64,000 nt of DNA, from positions 3,040,001 to 3,104,000 of the forward strand of contig OZ220741.1 of NCBI GenBank assembly GCA_965116885.1, in the 5' to 3' direction. Source of the stretch: Candidatus Latescibacterota bacterium (GTDB lineage Bacteria > Latescibacterota > UBA2968). This document shows positions 1 to 9,570 of this stretch, in pieces. The first letter of the stretch is position 1. Each line of letters starts with the position of its first letter. The position numbers and the translations under genes are program-made. The notes below the pieces were generated by a model. The model was not told the origin of the DNA and made no database searches. It saw only the letters and a list, made by a program, of their open reading frames with translations.

Positions 1-51
1 GGTGTGGCAGCAGCACCAGATCGAGGGGAAAGAGGGGCAGTTCCATTGGGG

Positions 52-951
52 TCAGGAGGCGAGTTTTTGATCGCTGTTTAAGAGAATATCGAGCAGTTTT
101 TGGGTGGCGATTGACAAACTGCGTCCTTTCCGAAAGAGGATGCCCAATGGACGCTCAAAATCACGATCTACAAAGTGAAGATATGTAAGGGTTTTGCGAG
201 CGAGTTCTTGCTCAATGGAATTGAGTGGCAAAATCGAGATGCCAATATCGACTTCTACGGCGTGTTTGATAGGGGCTATGTGGTCGAGTTCCATGACGAT
301 ATTGGGACGTATTTTGTATTTTTTTAAGAACTGATCAATGGCACGCCGAGTTGGGGTTTCGGGGGTGAAGAGGACCAGCGGAAATTTGTTGAGTTCTCGT
401 GGCAAGAATGCGTTGCGAGAGGCCAATTCGTGATCGGGATGCATGGCCACGACCATCTTGTCCTGTGAAAAGGGTATCACATCTACATTGCGCTGGGTGC
501 GGGGATATGGCACAATGCCCAAATCGACTTCGCCATTGGCAACATCGTCATAAATTTTATTTACCTGATCGTATTGGAGACGGAAATTAACCCGGGGATA
601 GGCTTTGAGGTAGGTTTTGAGAAAGGGCGTGAGTTCGAGCATTCCCACGCTGTAAATAGATGCCAGACGAACAGTTCCCGAAACCACCCCTCCCAGAGCC
701 TGGATGCGGTGTTCCATTTCTTCGTAGCGCCGGACAATGTCTCGGGCATAAGAGTAAAAAATTTCGCCTTCTGCTGTGAGTGTCAGACGTCTTTTTTCAA
801 CGCGTTCGATGAGTTGTTTTCCCTGGCGTTTTTCAATGCTTTTGAGTTGCTGGCTTACCGCGGATTGAGTAACGGAATTGAGGACAGCTGTTTTGGAAAA
901 ACTCTGCGTTTCAATTAAGTCACAGAAGACTTTCAGACTTGTAATCAGCAA
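52..951 (-). CDS. LysR-family transcriptional regulator
   Basis: N-terminal HTH 'SFSKTAVLNSVTQSAVSQQLKSIE' plus substrate-binding domain. TTG start after an AAGGAG RBS. Confidence 0.93.
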   Translation of the reverse strand: MLITSLKVFCDLIETQSFSKTAVLNSVTQSAVSQQLKSIEKRQGKQLIERVEKRRLTLTAEGEIFYSYARDIVRRYEEMEHRIQALGGVVSGTVRLASIYSVGMLELTPFLKTYLKAYPRVNFRLQYDQVNKIYDDVANGEVDLGIVPYPRTQRNVDVIPFSQDKMVVAMHPDHELASRNAFLPRELNKFPLVLFTPETPTRRAIDQFLKKYKIRPNIVMELDHIAPIKHAVEVDIGISILPLNSIEQELARKTLTYLHFVDRDFERPLGILFRKGRSLSIATQKLLDILLNSDQKLAS

Positions 952-1019
952 GGGGCTTTCTCCTTTGTTAAAATTATAAGAGGATGTGAAATTATGAGGG
1001 GGTGTAAATTAGGGCGACA

Positions 1020-1048
1020 AATCTATAAGAAAAATGAAACTATGTCAA
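1020..1048 (-). promoter_or_regulatory. sigma70-like promoter of lysR
   Basis: TTGACA-17bp-TAGATT on the minus strand. Confidence 0.55.
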
Positions 1049-1156
1049 TAGAAAAACTGGATTTGAAAAATAGTGTCCATTTTGAACAGCATAAAAAAAA
1101 ATCGGAGTACGATTTTGGTAAGGCCGATTGCCAAAACGCTAATTTTGGATTTGCCC

Positions 1157-1185
1157 TTGTAAAAAACTCCAGAACATCTTATACT
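1157..1185 (+). promoter_or_regulatory. sigma70-like promoter of accD-aroQ
   Basis: TTGTAA-17bp-TATACT, about 30 nt upstream of the accD ATG. Confidence 0.55.
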
Positions 1186-1216
1186 TCAATTTGTTATCGC
1201 TATATGGAGATCACTT

Positions 1217-2086
1217 ATGAACTGGTTTAACAAGCTCAAATCTGGCATTCGGACGCTTGTGCGAAAGCGTATGCCCGAAAATATTTGGATTAAGTGCGAG
1301 CGATGTGAGCAAATAGTTTACCGAAAGAAACTCGAGCAAAATACAGGTATTTGCCCGCATTGCAAACATCACTTTCGCATATCCAGTGCCGATTATATCG
1401 CCGCTGTGCTCGATGCAGATTCGTTTGAAGAAATAGGCCGGGAAGTCAAATCGGCCGATCCCCTCGCATTTGTCGATCTACAACCCTACCCCGATCGGAT
1501 CAAGGAATATCGCAAACGTACCAATATGGATGCCGCTGTACTGGCAGGTGTGGGGAAGATCGATGGTGCGCCTGTGGGTATTGCCGTGCATGAATTTGGT
1601 TTTATGGGGGGGTCGCTCGGTTCGGCTGAAGGCGAGCGAATTTGTCGGGTGATTGATCGATGTATGCGCGATCAATTGCCGCTGATTATTGTGTGCCGGT
1701 CCGGCGGTGCGCGCATGCAAGAGAGTATTTTTTCGCTAATGCAAATGGCGAAAGTCAATGCCAGGTTGTCCCAATTTGCAGATGTGGGACTGTTGTTTAT
1801 TTCCGTTCTGATAGATCCCACAACAGCCGGTGTAAATGCCAGTTATGCGTCAATTGGCGATATCAATATCGCCGAGCCAAATGCGCTGATTGGGTTTACG
1901 GGATCGCGTATTACAGGGTCTTCTGTGAGTGCCTCCGAGATGGAAGCTCTGAGGCAAGCACAGCGCGCGGAGCAAGTGCTCGAACACGGTTTTGTCGATA
2001 TGATTGTTTCCCGAGATAAAATGAAAGCTACTCTGTCTCAGTTGATTGAGATGTTGAGTAAAAATCCCCCCGAGGTTAGTTCATGA
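1217..2086 (+). CDS. accD: acetyl-CoA carboxylase carboxyltransferase beta subunit
   Basis: Zn ribbon CERC..CPHC, 'FMGGSLGS', 'SGGARMQE', 'AEPNALIGF'. Confidence 0.93.
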   Translation: MNWFNKLKSGIRTLVRKRMPENIWIKCERCEQIVYRKKLEQNTGICPHCKHHFRISSADYIAAVLDADSFEEIGREVKSADPLAFVDLQPYPDRIKEYRKRTNMDAAVLAGVGKIDGAPVGIAVHEFGFMGGSLGSAEGERICRVIDRCMRDQLPLIIVCRSGGARMQESIFSLMQMAKVNARLSQFADVGLLFISVLIDPTTAGVNASYASIGDINIAEPNALIGFTGSRITGSSVSASEMEALRQAQRAEQVLEHGFVDMIVSRDKMKATLSQLIEMLSKNPPEVSS

Positions 2087-2535
2087 AGATTCTCGTTTTA
2101 CAAGGTCCCAATATTAACATGCTGGGACGGCGCAAAGCAGAGCATTACGGTACTGTGACAATGGACGAGATTCACAGGCATCTCGAACAAAAGGCGGATG
2201 AGTTGGCGTGCGAAATTGTGTGTTTTCAGTCGAATTACGAGGGGGCACTCGTCTCAAAAGTGCAGGAACTGCGCGATTCTGCAGATGGTATTCTTATAAA
2301 TCCCGCAGGACTGACTACAACGAGTGTATCGCTACGGGATGCGCTTGAAGACGCGGGTTTACCACTGGTCGAAATTCATCTGTCCAATATCCACGCGCGA
2401 GAAGCCTGGCGGCGGCATTCTCTGTTTTCTGAAATTGCGGTGGGCATTATTGCCGGATTCAGGTGGCGCGGCTATGTGTCGGCACTTGATATGCTGGTTG
2501 GCATGTTGCGAGATGAAGAGAGAAGTGTGAAGTGA
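2083..2535 (+). CDS. aroQ: type II 3-dehydroquinate dehydratase
   Basis: 'GPNINMLG', 'QSNYEG', 'VEIHLSNIHARE'. ATGA overlap with accD. Confidence 0.93.
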   Translation: MKILVLQGPNINMLGRRKAEHYGTVTMDEIHRHLEQKADELACEIVCFQSNYEGALVSKVQELRDSADGILINPAGLTTTSVSLRDALEDAGLPLVEIHLSNIHAREAWRRHSLFSEIAVGIIAGFRWRGYVSALDMLVGMLRDEERSVK

Positions 2536-2606
2536 GAAGTCCTTCCATCCTGCCCTAAAACTGGTATATCATCCTACCTTTCGATTCACCCTTCCTACTT
2601 CACCGG

Positions 2607-2636
2607 GAACTGGTCTGCGACCAGTTGTACCCCGTT
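2607..2636 (-). repeat. GTAC-hairpin REP-like repeat, copy 1
   Basis: gaactggtc-tgc-gaccagtt-gtaccccgtt. Related to 51333-51359 and 59696-59726. Confidence 0.55.
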
Positions 2637-2643
2637 TCCTACT

Positions 2644-3369
2644 TCATTTGTAAAGGTCAAATGTCTCTATAAATTGGGCAATAGATTCTGGCACGAGATC
2701 TGTGATGGAATCTCCTGATCGGATGCGTTTGCGTACCTCAGTAGAGGAGATATTGCCAAAGGATGGGGGTAGTTGAAGAGGGTGTACGCGGTTTGCAAAA
2801 GGCGCGCATTCGGGACGAGCCATAAATCTGTGAAAGACTTCCCGAGAAGAATTTTCGCGATTGGCAGATACAATATGGCAAAGTGAAAACAGTACTTTGA
2901 GTTCAGCGGACATGTCGGTGTAATATCGCGGATCAAAGATGCGTATCAAGGTGTCGTGCCCGACGAGAAAGTAGATTTGGGTATCGGGTGGAATATGTGC
3001 TCTGAGTGCGTGCGCTTTGTCAATAAAGCGGGCATGGCTACATGCTGCAATTGACAGGCAGGTGCCCAGTTGGGTGTCACAATTTGCGTAATTGACCATC
3101 ATGGCGAGACGTTGGCCTAAATCTGCACCAAAGAGGGCTTTATCGACATTGGTTTTGGCGAGGAGGAGGACGATTTCGTCAAAGTTAAAAGCATTTTGTG
3201 CATGGTGTACAAGTGCTTCGTGGGCGAGGGTGAGCGGGTTGAAGGATGCGTCGAGTACCCCGATATGTTTGGGTTGTGGAGGTGCGGCTCGATGTACAAA
3301 TTGCACCACAGGGGTATTTTGGGGATCGAGGCTATCCATGAGGATGCGGTAGTTTTCAAGGGTGTTCAT
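2644..3369 (-). CDS. nicotinate/nicotinamide-nucleotide adenylyltransferase-like protein (NadD/Pof1-like)
   Basis: 'ASFNPLTLAH' (HxGH-like motif), 'GHDTLIRIFDPRYY', 'ISSTEVR'. Confidence 0.8.
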   Translation of the reverse strand: MNTLENYRILMDSLDPQNTPVVQFVHRAAPPQPKHIGVLDASFNPLTLAHEALVHHAQNAFNFDEIVLLLAKTNVDKALFGADLGQRLAMMVNYANCDTQLGTCLSIAACSHARFIDKAHALRAHIPPDTQIYFLVGHDTLIRIFDPRYYTDMSAELKVLFSLCHIVSANRENSSREVFHRFMARPECAPFANRVHPLQLPPSFGNISSTEVRKRIRSGDSITDLVPESIAQFIETFDLYK

Positions 3370-3461
3370 GATGGGAAAAATTTATGTTAGAGACTGGTGT
3401 GGAGCAAGGAAAAATAACGATTAGCCCAGCCACCTCTATCGAAGTGCGTGAGGATATTAAA

Positions 3462-4214
3462 ATGATTTACCGATTGTTTTTAATGGCATTTGTCATCCTG
3501 TTTGCCTATCCCGTTGTGCCGTTGGCATCTGAGCAGGATGTGGAAACTATTGTAAAAAAAATTGACGCGCTCTATCGCAGCAATACCAGCGTGGCTGATA
3601 TGGAGATGCAAATTGTTACGCCGCACTGGGAACGCACACTGTCGTTGAGGGTGTGGACAAAGGGGATGGATAAGACTTTCATACGCATTGACGCGCCCAA
3701 AAAGGAAAAGGGCGTTACAACGCTGCGCATCGGCAACGAGATGTGGAATTATCTTCCAAAGACCAACAAGGTGATAAAAGTGCCGCCATCGATGATGATG
3801 GGGTCGTGGATGGGGTCGGATTTTACAAATGATGACCTCGTCAAAGAGTCGTCAATGCTCAACGATTATATCTACGATTTGATTGTGCCAGATGACGCAC
3901 AACCGGGGCATCTTTACATCCAGTTCATTCCAAAGGAAGATTCTCCAATTGTTTGGGGCAAGCTCATTACGGCTGTGCGGGCAGATGGTCTGATTCCGGT
4001 GTGGCAACATTTCTACGATGAGAAGGGCAAGTTGATGCGGGTTTTGAATTTCAAGGAGATTGTGTCATTCGGCGGCAAGACGATTCCATCCGTGATGGAG
4101 ATGGTGCCGCAGAACAAGGACAGGCACAAAACGGTTATGCGTTATCTCAGGGCCGAGTTTGATGTGCAGATAGATGACGATGTATTCACGCGGCGCAATC
4201 TTCAGAGGAAATGA
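3462..4214 (+). CDS. outer-membrane lipoprotein-sorting protein (LolA-like)
   Basis: Signal peptide, 'MWNYLPK', 'SWMGSDFTNDDL'. First gene of the ABC operon. Confidence 0.8.
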   Translation: MIYRLFLMAFVILFAYPVVPLASEQDVETIVKKIDALYRSNTSVADMEMQIVTPHWERTLSLRVWTKGMDKTFIRIDAPKKEKGVTTLRIGNEMWNYLPKTNKVIKVPPSMMMGSWMGSDFTNDDLVKESSMLNDYIYDLIVPDDAQPGHLYIQFIPKEDSPIVWGKLITAVRADGLIPVWQHFYDEKGKLMRVLNFKEIVSFGGKTIPSVMEMVPQNKDRHKTVMRYLRAEFDVQIDDDVFTRRNLQRK

Positions 4215-5428
4215 CGATGCTCAAAATAGCATTTCGCAATATCTTTCGTCAAAGACGGCGCACTGTGTTGACTGCGCTTGCAATGATCGTGGGGTTCACG
4301 CTTTCGTCGGTTTTTATTGGCTGGTCAGATGGCGCGTATTCAGATATTATTTCAATGTTCACGCGGAATCGCATCGGGCATATTCAAGTGCATCGCCTGG
4401 GCTATCTCGACAAGCCGTCACTTTACGATGTGATCGACAGTTATGAATCCATTGGCGAGAAGATTGCCGGTGTTGAGGGTGTTGAGGCGTGGACGCCGCG
4501 CATCTATTCAGCGGGACTCGGTTCGGTGGGCGATAAGACAATGGGGGTGCAAATCATCGGCGTCGATGTGGGGCGTGAGGTGAAAGCCACGCGGTTTGAT
4601 CAGAAGATCACCAGTGGGGCGATGTTTTCAAATACCGCCGCGCGCGAAGCGATTCTCGGCGTTGGGTTGGCGCGCATCCTGAAGGCGGATGTTGGCCGCG
4701 AAATTGTGCTCGTCACACAGGGCACGGACGGTGCTATCGCCAATGATTTGTACACGATTATCGGCATTGCAGAAAGCGGCGACAAAGCGACTGATCGGAT
4801 GGCATGCTATCTCCATATCGATGACGCGCAGGACTTGCTCGTGCTCGACGGGCGCGTTCATGAAATCGCCGTGATCGCCGAAGCATTGGATCACGTCCCC
4901 AAAATCACCGCTGCGATTGAGGCGCAGATCAATGATACAACGCTTCAGGTGTCGCCGTGGCAGGTCGTCGCAAAATCATTTTATCGCGCGATGCAGGCCG
5001 ATAGACAGGGCGATCTTATCGGACGCATGATTATTATGCTGATTGTCGCCATTGGCGTGCTGAATACGGTGCTGATGTCGGTGCTGGAGCGCACGCGAGA
5101 ATACGGCGTGTTGAAAGCGATGGGAACAAAGCCGAGTCAGATCTTCGGAGTGGTGGTGGCTGAGGTGACGTTCATCGCGCTTGGCAGCATTTTTATTGGT
5201 GCATTGTTCGGTGCGAGTCTTAACTATTTGCTGTCGATCTACGGCATTTCACTGCCGCAAGAGTTCTCCTATGGCGGTATTGTGTTTCAGACGATGTACG
5301 CCGCAGTTACGGTGCGAAGCCTTGCAATTCCCGCAGTTACGGTCCTTGTCTCGGCAATTTTTGTCAGCCTGTTTCCCGCGCTGAGAGCAGCGCGAATTGC
5401 CCCAGCCAGCGCAATGAGAACGCATTAG
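4211..5428 (+). CDS. ABC transporter permease, LolE/FtsX/MacB type
   Basis: 'AFRNIFRQRRRT', periplasmic domain, 'SVLERTREYGVLKAMG'. Confidence 0.9.
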   Translation: MTMLKIAFRNIFRQRRRTVLTALAMIVGFTLSSVFIGWSDGAYSDIISMFTRNRIGHIQVHRLGYLDKPSLYDVIDSYESIGEKIAGVEGVEAWTPRIYSAGLGSVGDKTMGVQIIGVDVGREVKATRFDQKITSGAMFSNTAAREAILGVGLARILKADVGREIVLVTQGTDGAIANDLYTIIGIAESGDKATDRMACYLHIDDAQDLLVLDGRVHEIAVIAEALDHVPKITAAIEAQINDTTLQVSPWQVVAKSFYRAMQADRQGDLIGRMIIMLIVAIGVLNTVLMSVLERTREYGVLKAMGTKPSQIFGVVVAEVTFIALGSIFIGALFGASLNYLLSIYGISLPQEFSYGGIVFQTMYAAVTVRSLAIPAVTVLVSAIFVSLFPALRAARIAPASAMRTH

Positions 5429-5433
5429 GAACT

Positions 5434-6663
5434 ATGTCCTGGATACTGATAAAGCTCGCGTGGAAGAATCTCTTTCGGCATAAACGCCGCTCCATTATTG
5501 CTGCAACAGCTATGGGAATTGGACTTGCGGCCCTTATCTTTGCCGATGCCCTCTGGTTGGGGATGGAGCGGAACATGGTCAAAACGGCGACGGCGTCATT
5601 TCTGGGAGATGCACAGATTCATCGGGAGGGGTTTTCCGACGAGCAAGCAGTTGAGTTGACGGTTAACCAACTCGATGCGGTGGTCGCCAATCTTCGACGG
5701 GAAGGTATCGTGGCGCACTTCACTTTGCGGACGTTCGCCTTTGGTATGATAACTTCACCGGCAACTGTTGCGGCGGTCAATCTCGTGGGTGTGGAACCAT
5801 CTACTGAGCAGTATCTGTCCCAAATTGACGATGCGATTGTTGAAGGCGCGTATTTTGAGGGATTAAATTCGCGGGATATTGTCATGGGCGAGGAACTCGC
5901 GGAACGCCTCGAGGTGGGATTAAATGACAGGATTGTCGTGACGATGGCGCAAGCCGGGAGCGGCGATCTCTCGCAGGAGATGTTTCGCGTTTCTGGAATT
6001 TATCGTTTTGCCGACGAGGGGATGAACAGCGGCATGGCGTTTATTCGATTGGGGAAGGCGCAGCAGATGCTCGCTCTCGGCGCGGGGGCGCATGAGATTG
6101 CGCTGAAGTTTATCGATTCGACATCAGCGGAGGATCAGAGCCTGCTGTTTTGGAAAACTTATTCGCAAGGGGGAAACAAAGCGCGCAGTTGGACAGAGGT
6201 TTTGCCAGAGGTGCAAGCGATGTTCGAGATGTCGAAGTTCAGCAAGTACATTATGGGCTTTGTGCTGTTTGGCGTGGTTGTTTTTGGCATTGTCAATACG
6301 CTGTTTATGTCGCTTTACGAACGGATGTTTGAATTTGGCGTGTTGCGCGCAATTGGCACGCGTCCGTTTGGCATGGCGCGGTTGATTCTGTTTGAGGCGG
6401 GGGCATTGGCAGTTCTGGGTATTATTTTGGGTACGATTTTTGGGTTCTGTGTCACTTTAATTTTTTCAACGATTGGCATTGACTATACGGGGATCGAGAT
6501 GATGGGCATCACTATGCAGGAGTTGATCTATCCGGATCTGCGTATCCAACCGTTTATTTTTTATTCGATCTGGATTTTTGTTTTTACAATTATCGCAGGG
6601 CTGTATCCGGCGCGGTCTGCGGCGAAGATGTCTGCGGCGACGGCGATGCGAAGAAGTTTTTGA
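5434..6663 (+). CDS. ABC transporter permease, LolE/FtsX/MacB type
   Basis: 'AWKNLFRHKRRS', 'SLYERMFEFGVLRAIG'. Confidence 0.9.
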   Translation: MSWILIKLAWKNLFRHKRRSIIAATAMGIGLAALIFADALWLGMERNMVKTATASFLGDAQIHREGFSDEQAVELTVNQLDAVVANLRREGIVAHFTLRTFAFGMITSPATVAAVNLVGVEPSTEQYLSQIDDAIVEGAYFEGLNSRDIVMGEELAERLEVGLNDRIVVTMAQAGSGDLSQEMFRVSGIYRFADEGMNSGMAFIRLGKAQQMLALGAGAHEIALKFIDSTSAEDQSLLFWKTYSQGGNKARSWTEVLPEVQAMFEMSKFSKYIMGFVLFGVVVFGIVNTLFMSLYERMFEFGVLRAIGTRPFGMARLILFEAGALAVLGIILGTIFGFCVTLIFSTIGIDYTGIEMMGITMQELIYPDLRIQPFIFYSIWIFVFTIIAGLYPARSAAKMSAATAMRRSF

Positions 6664-6676
6664 AGAGGATATCGCG

Positions 6677-7366
6677 GTGTCTGTAATTGTGACAGAAGGG
6701 GTGACCAGAGTTTATTCGGACGATGGCGTGCCCGTTCACGCCTTGCGCGGGATTGATCTGTCCATTGAACGCGGCGAATTTGCGGCATTGGTTGGGCCGT
6801 CTGGGTCGGGGAAGACGACTTTTCTCAATATCATCTCTGGGCTGGATACACCAACAGATGGAAAGGTATGGCTCAATGGCAAACTTTTGTCGCGTATGAG
6901 TGGTAATGCGCTTTCGGATTTTCGGCGAGATAATATCGGTTTTGTCTTTCAAGCGTACAATTTGATTCCGGTGCTGACTGTCGAGGAGAATATCGAGTAT
7001 ATTATGCTCCTGCAAAAGGTGCCCAAATCCGTGCGGCACGAGCGCGTGCTGGCGATACTGGATGAGGTGGGATTAGGTGGGATGGCGAGTCGCAAGCCAC
7101 CGCAACTTTCGGGTGGGCAACAACAACGGGTTGCGATTGCGCGGGCTATGGTGTCTCAGCCAGCGATTATTCTGGCGGATGAACCGACGGCGAATCTCGA
7201 TTCAAAGATCGGCGCTGAGTTGCTCGATATGATGTATCGGCTCAATACGCAGACTGGAATGACATTTATTTTTTCTACGCACGATCCGATGGTGATGGCG
7301 CGCGCGAGGCGGCTGATTGCGCTGAAAGACGGAGAGATTGAGCGCGATGAGGTGAGGTCGCCATGA
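6677..7366 (+). CDS. ABC transporter ATP-binding protein (LolD/MacB-like)
   Basis: Walker A GPSGSGKT, LSGGQQQR, 'ADEPTANLD'. GTG start after GAGG. Confidence 0.93.
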   Translation: MSVIVTEGVTRVYSDDGVPVHALRGIDLSIERGEFAALVGPSGSGKTTFLNIISGLDTPTDGKVWLNGKLLSRMSGNALSDFRRDNIGFVFQAYNLIPVLTVEENIEYIMLLQKVPKSVRHERVLAILDEVGLGGMASRKPPQLSGGQQQRVAIARAMVSQPAIILADEPTANLDSKIGAELLDMMYRLNTQTGMTFIFSTHDPMVMARARRLIALKDGEIERDEVRSP

Positions 7367-8532
7367 GATGGCTTGTTGGGGCAATGATTGTGTTTTTGCC
7401 ACAGGCTGTCACGGCTGTACAACTGAGTGGTTTTTACAAGAGTTTCTCCGTTGCCTTTGATCCGCCGCAGGTGGGCGATCCCGTGACTGGTATGGTGAGT
7501 AATCGGCTGCGGTTCAATCTCGCCAATTCGTTCAGTGAGCACCTGTCGTTTGATCTCTCCTACGACTTTATCCTGCGTATTCAGAATGAGAACCAGGCGG
7601 AGATTCTTACTATTGATCCGCACGATTATCGCGTTGCCGATCTGGATTCGCCTATTTATCCCGGCGATAATGATCCCATCGGTAGCGTTGGCGTGTTTCA
7701 AAACCTCGACCGCGCCAGTGTGACAGCGCGTTTGCCTTTTGCAGATGTGATTGTCGGGCGTCAGGCGATTGCGTGGGGAAGTGCGCGGGTCGTCAATCCG
7801 ACGGATGTGATCGCGCCGTTTACCTATAGCGAGTTGGATACGGAAGACCGACCTGGTGTCGATGCCGTGCGCGTACGCGTCCCGGTTGGAGCACTGAGCG
7901 AAGTCGATGTGGGGTATGTGTTTGGACGGGACTTCGCGGTTGATCGGAGTGCGTTTTTTGTTCGCGGTCAATTCAATGCGGTGGAGACCGATGTGTCGCC
8001 TCTGGTCATTCGTTTCCGCGAGCAGTTGCTCCTGGGTCTTGATGTTGCGCGTGGGATTGGAAGTGTTGGGGCGTGGATAGAGGGTGCCCGCGTTTTTACG
8101 ATGGGACGAGATGCGAGCGACTATTTTCGCGTATCTACGGGCATGGATTACAGTTTCGGTGGCGAGACTTATGGATTCATCGAATACCACTTCAACGGAG
8201 CGGGGGTGCGCGATCGTGAAGATTATCTCGTCAACTTAGATCGCCCGGCATATCGCGATGCTGCTGTCTATCTTATGGGCACCCACTACCTCGCGCTCGG
8301 TATCACCCATCAACTCACGCCGCTGGTCGCGTTGAGTGGGCAGTTTCTCGCCAATGTCACTGATTCGTCGTTCTTTTTTTCACCTGCGATTGAATACAAT
8401 ATCGCGCAGGATTTCTATCTTTCTGCAGGTGCGTTTATAGGTATTGGTGATCGCCCGAAATCCGAGCATTTTCAATCTGAGTTTGGCGGGTATTCCAATA
8501 TCCTGTTTTTTTCGTTCCGGATTTACTACTGA
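7363..8532 (+). CDS. putative outer-membrane beta-barrel protein
   Basis: Signal peptide, amphipathic strands, 'GRQAIAWG', C-terminal 'FRIYY'. ATGA-coupled to the ATPase. Confidence 0.65.
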   Translation: MRWLVGAMIVFLPQAVTAVQLSGFYKSFSVAFDPPQVGDPVTGMVSNRLRFNLANSFSEHLSFDLSYDFILRIQNENQAEILTIDPHDYRVADLDSPIYPGDNDPIGSVGVFQNLDRASVTARLPFADVIVGRQAIAWGSARVVNPTDVIAPFTYSELDTEDRPGVDAVRVRVPVGALSEVDVGYVFGRDFAVDRSAFFVRGQFNAVETDVSPLVIRFREQLLLGLDVARGIGSVGAWIEGARVFTMGRDASDYFRVSTGMDYSFGGETYGFIEYHFNGAGVRDREDYLVNLDRPAYRDAAVYLMGTHYLALGITHQLTPLVALSGQFLANVTDSSFFFSPAIEYNIAQDFYLSAGAFIGIGDRPKSEHFQSEFGGYSNILFFSFRIYY

Positions 8533-8639
8533 TTGCAATTCAGACTTTTATCATTTTTCTTGACTTCACCATCACAAGGCGTTTTCATATCAGCGCAGAT
8601 GAGATAACTGACAACAGTTTTTTATCAGGAGGTAATACA

Positions 8640-9503
8640 ATGCATGTGGGTATGCGAATCCCGCCGATGGGGCGGGAAATGGGGTTGGAGGGCATTATTC
8701 AGTGGGCAGCAGAAAATGGTTTGGGATCAATTGATTTGCCCGAAGTAGATGCTGAAATTCGCAAGCTGTGTGATAGTGCTGAGATTGGGATTGGCACTGT
8801 GGATTGGGGGGCAGGTGGTGGGTTGTTGAGCAAAGATGATGGTGCGCGAGAAGAAGCTGTGGCCGCGATGAAAGCGCGCATTCAGGCGGTTGGCGCATAC
8901 GGTTCAGGGGTGATTTTTTTGTGTTTGGCTCCAGACGACCGATTGCAGGCTCGGGCTGAGACGTTTGAGGTGTTTAAGCAGGTTTATCCAGAGATTGTGA
9001 AAGAGGCAGAAGCACACGAGGTTTTTCTGGCGATTGAACCCTGGCCTGGACCGGCTCCTGCGTATCCGAATTTGGGTTGTACGCCCGAGACCTTGCGGGC
9101 GGTGTTTGAGGTTGTTCCGTCGCCCAATCTGGGGATTTGTTACGATCCGTCGCATTTTGCACGCATCGGCGTCGATTACAAGCGGTTGCTGATGGAGTTT
9201 GGCAGCCGGGTGCGGCATGTGCATGCAAAGGATACCGAGTTGTTGGCGGATGGGCTGTACGAGTTTGGCTGTCTGGGTCAATCGTTTGGTCAGCGCTACG
9301 GTTATGGCGAGGGATGGTGGCGTTATTGCATTCCCGGGTGGGGCGTGGTGGATTGGAAATGGGTGATTGCGCGTCTGGAAGAATTGGGCTATGACGGGCC
9401 GCTGGCCATTGAATTGGAAGATCATCGCTACAGCGGCAGTGCCGAAAAGAATGCAGCGGGTATTTTGGCTGCGAAAAGCTATCTCGAAGATATTTTGGGA
9501 TGA
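8640..9503 (+). CDS. sugar phosphate isomerase/epimerase (xylose isomerase-like TIM barrel)
   Basis: 'LAIEP', 'YDPSH', 'HVHAKD', 'LAIELED'. AGGAGG RBS. Confidence 0.88.
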   Translation: MHVGMRIPPMGREMGLEGIIQWAAENGLGSIDLPEVDAEIRKLCDSAEIGIGTVDWGAGGGLLSKDDGAREEAVAAMKARIQAVGAYGSGVIFLCLAPDDRLQARAETFEVFKQVYPEIVKEAEAHEVFLAIEPWPGPAPAYPNLGCTPETLRAVFEVVPSPNLGICYDPSHFARIGVDYKRLLMEFGSRVRHVHAKDTELLADGLYEFGCLGQSFGQRYGYGEGWWRYCIPGWGVVDWKWVIARLEELGYDGPLAIELEDHRYSGSAEKNAAGILAAKSYLEDILG

Positions 9504-9518
9504 AGTGCTCGATAAGGC

Positions 9519-9560
9519 AAAGCCCCCACAAGCGATGTGCTGTGGGGGCTTTTTGTTTTT
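9519..9560. terminator. bidirectional intrinsic terminator
   Basis: aaagcccccaca/tgtgggggcttt stem plus T tract between convergent genes. Confidence 0.8.
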
Positions 9561-9570
9561 TAAGCAGTGC

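Noticed and set aside
994..1230. 78-aa ORF between lysR and accD
   Set aside because: It covers the AT-rich divergent promoter region and is probably spurious.
7156..8190. 344-aa minus-strand ORF
   Set aside because: Antisense shadow of the ABC ATPase and barrel genes, with no recognisable motifs.
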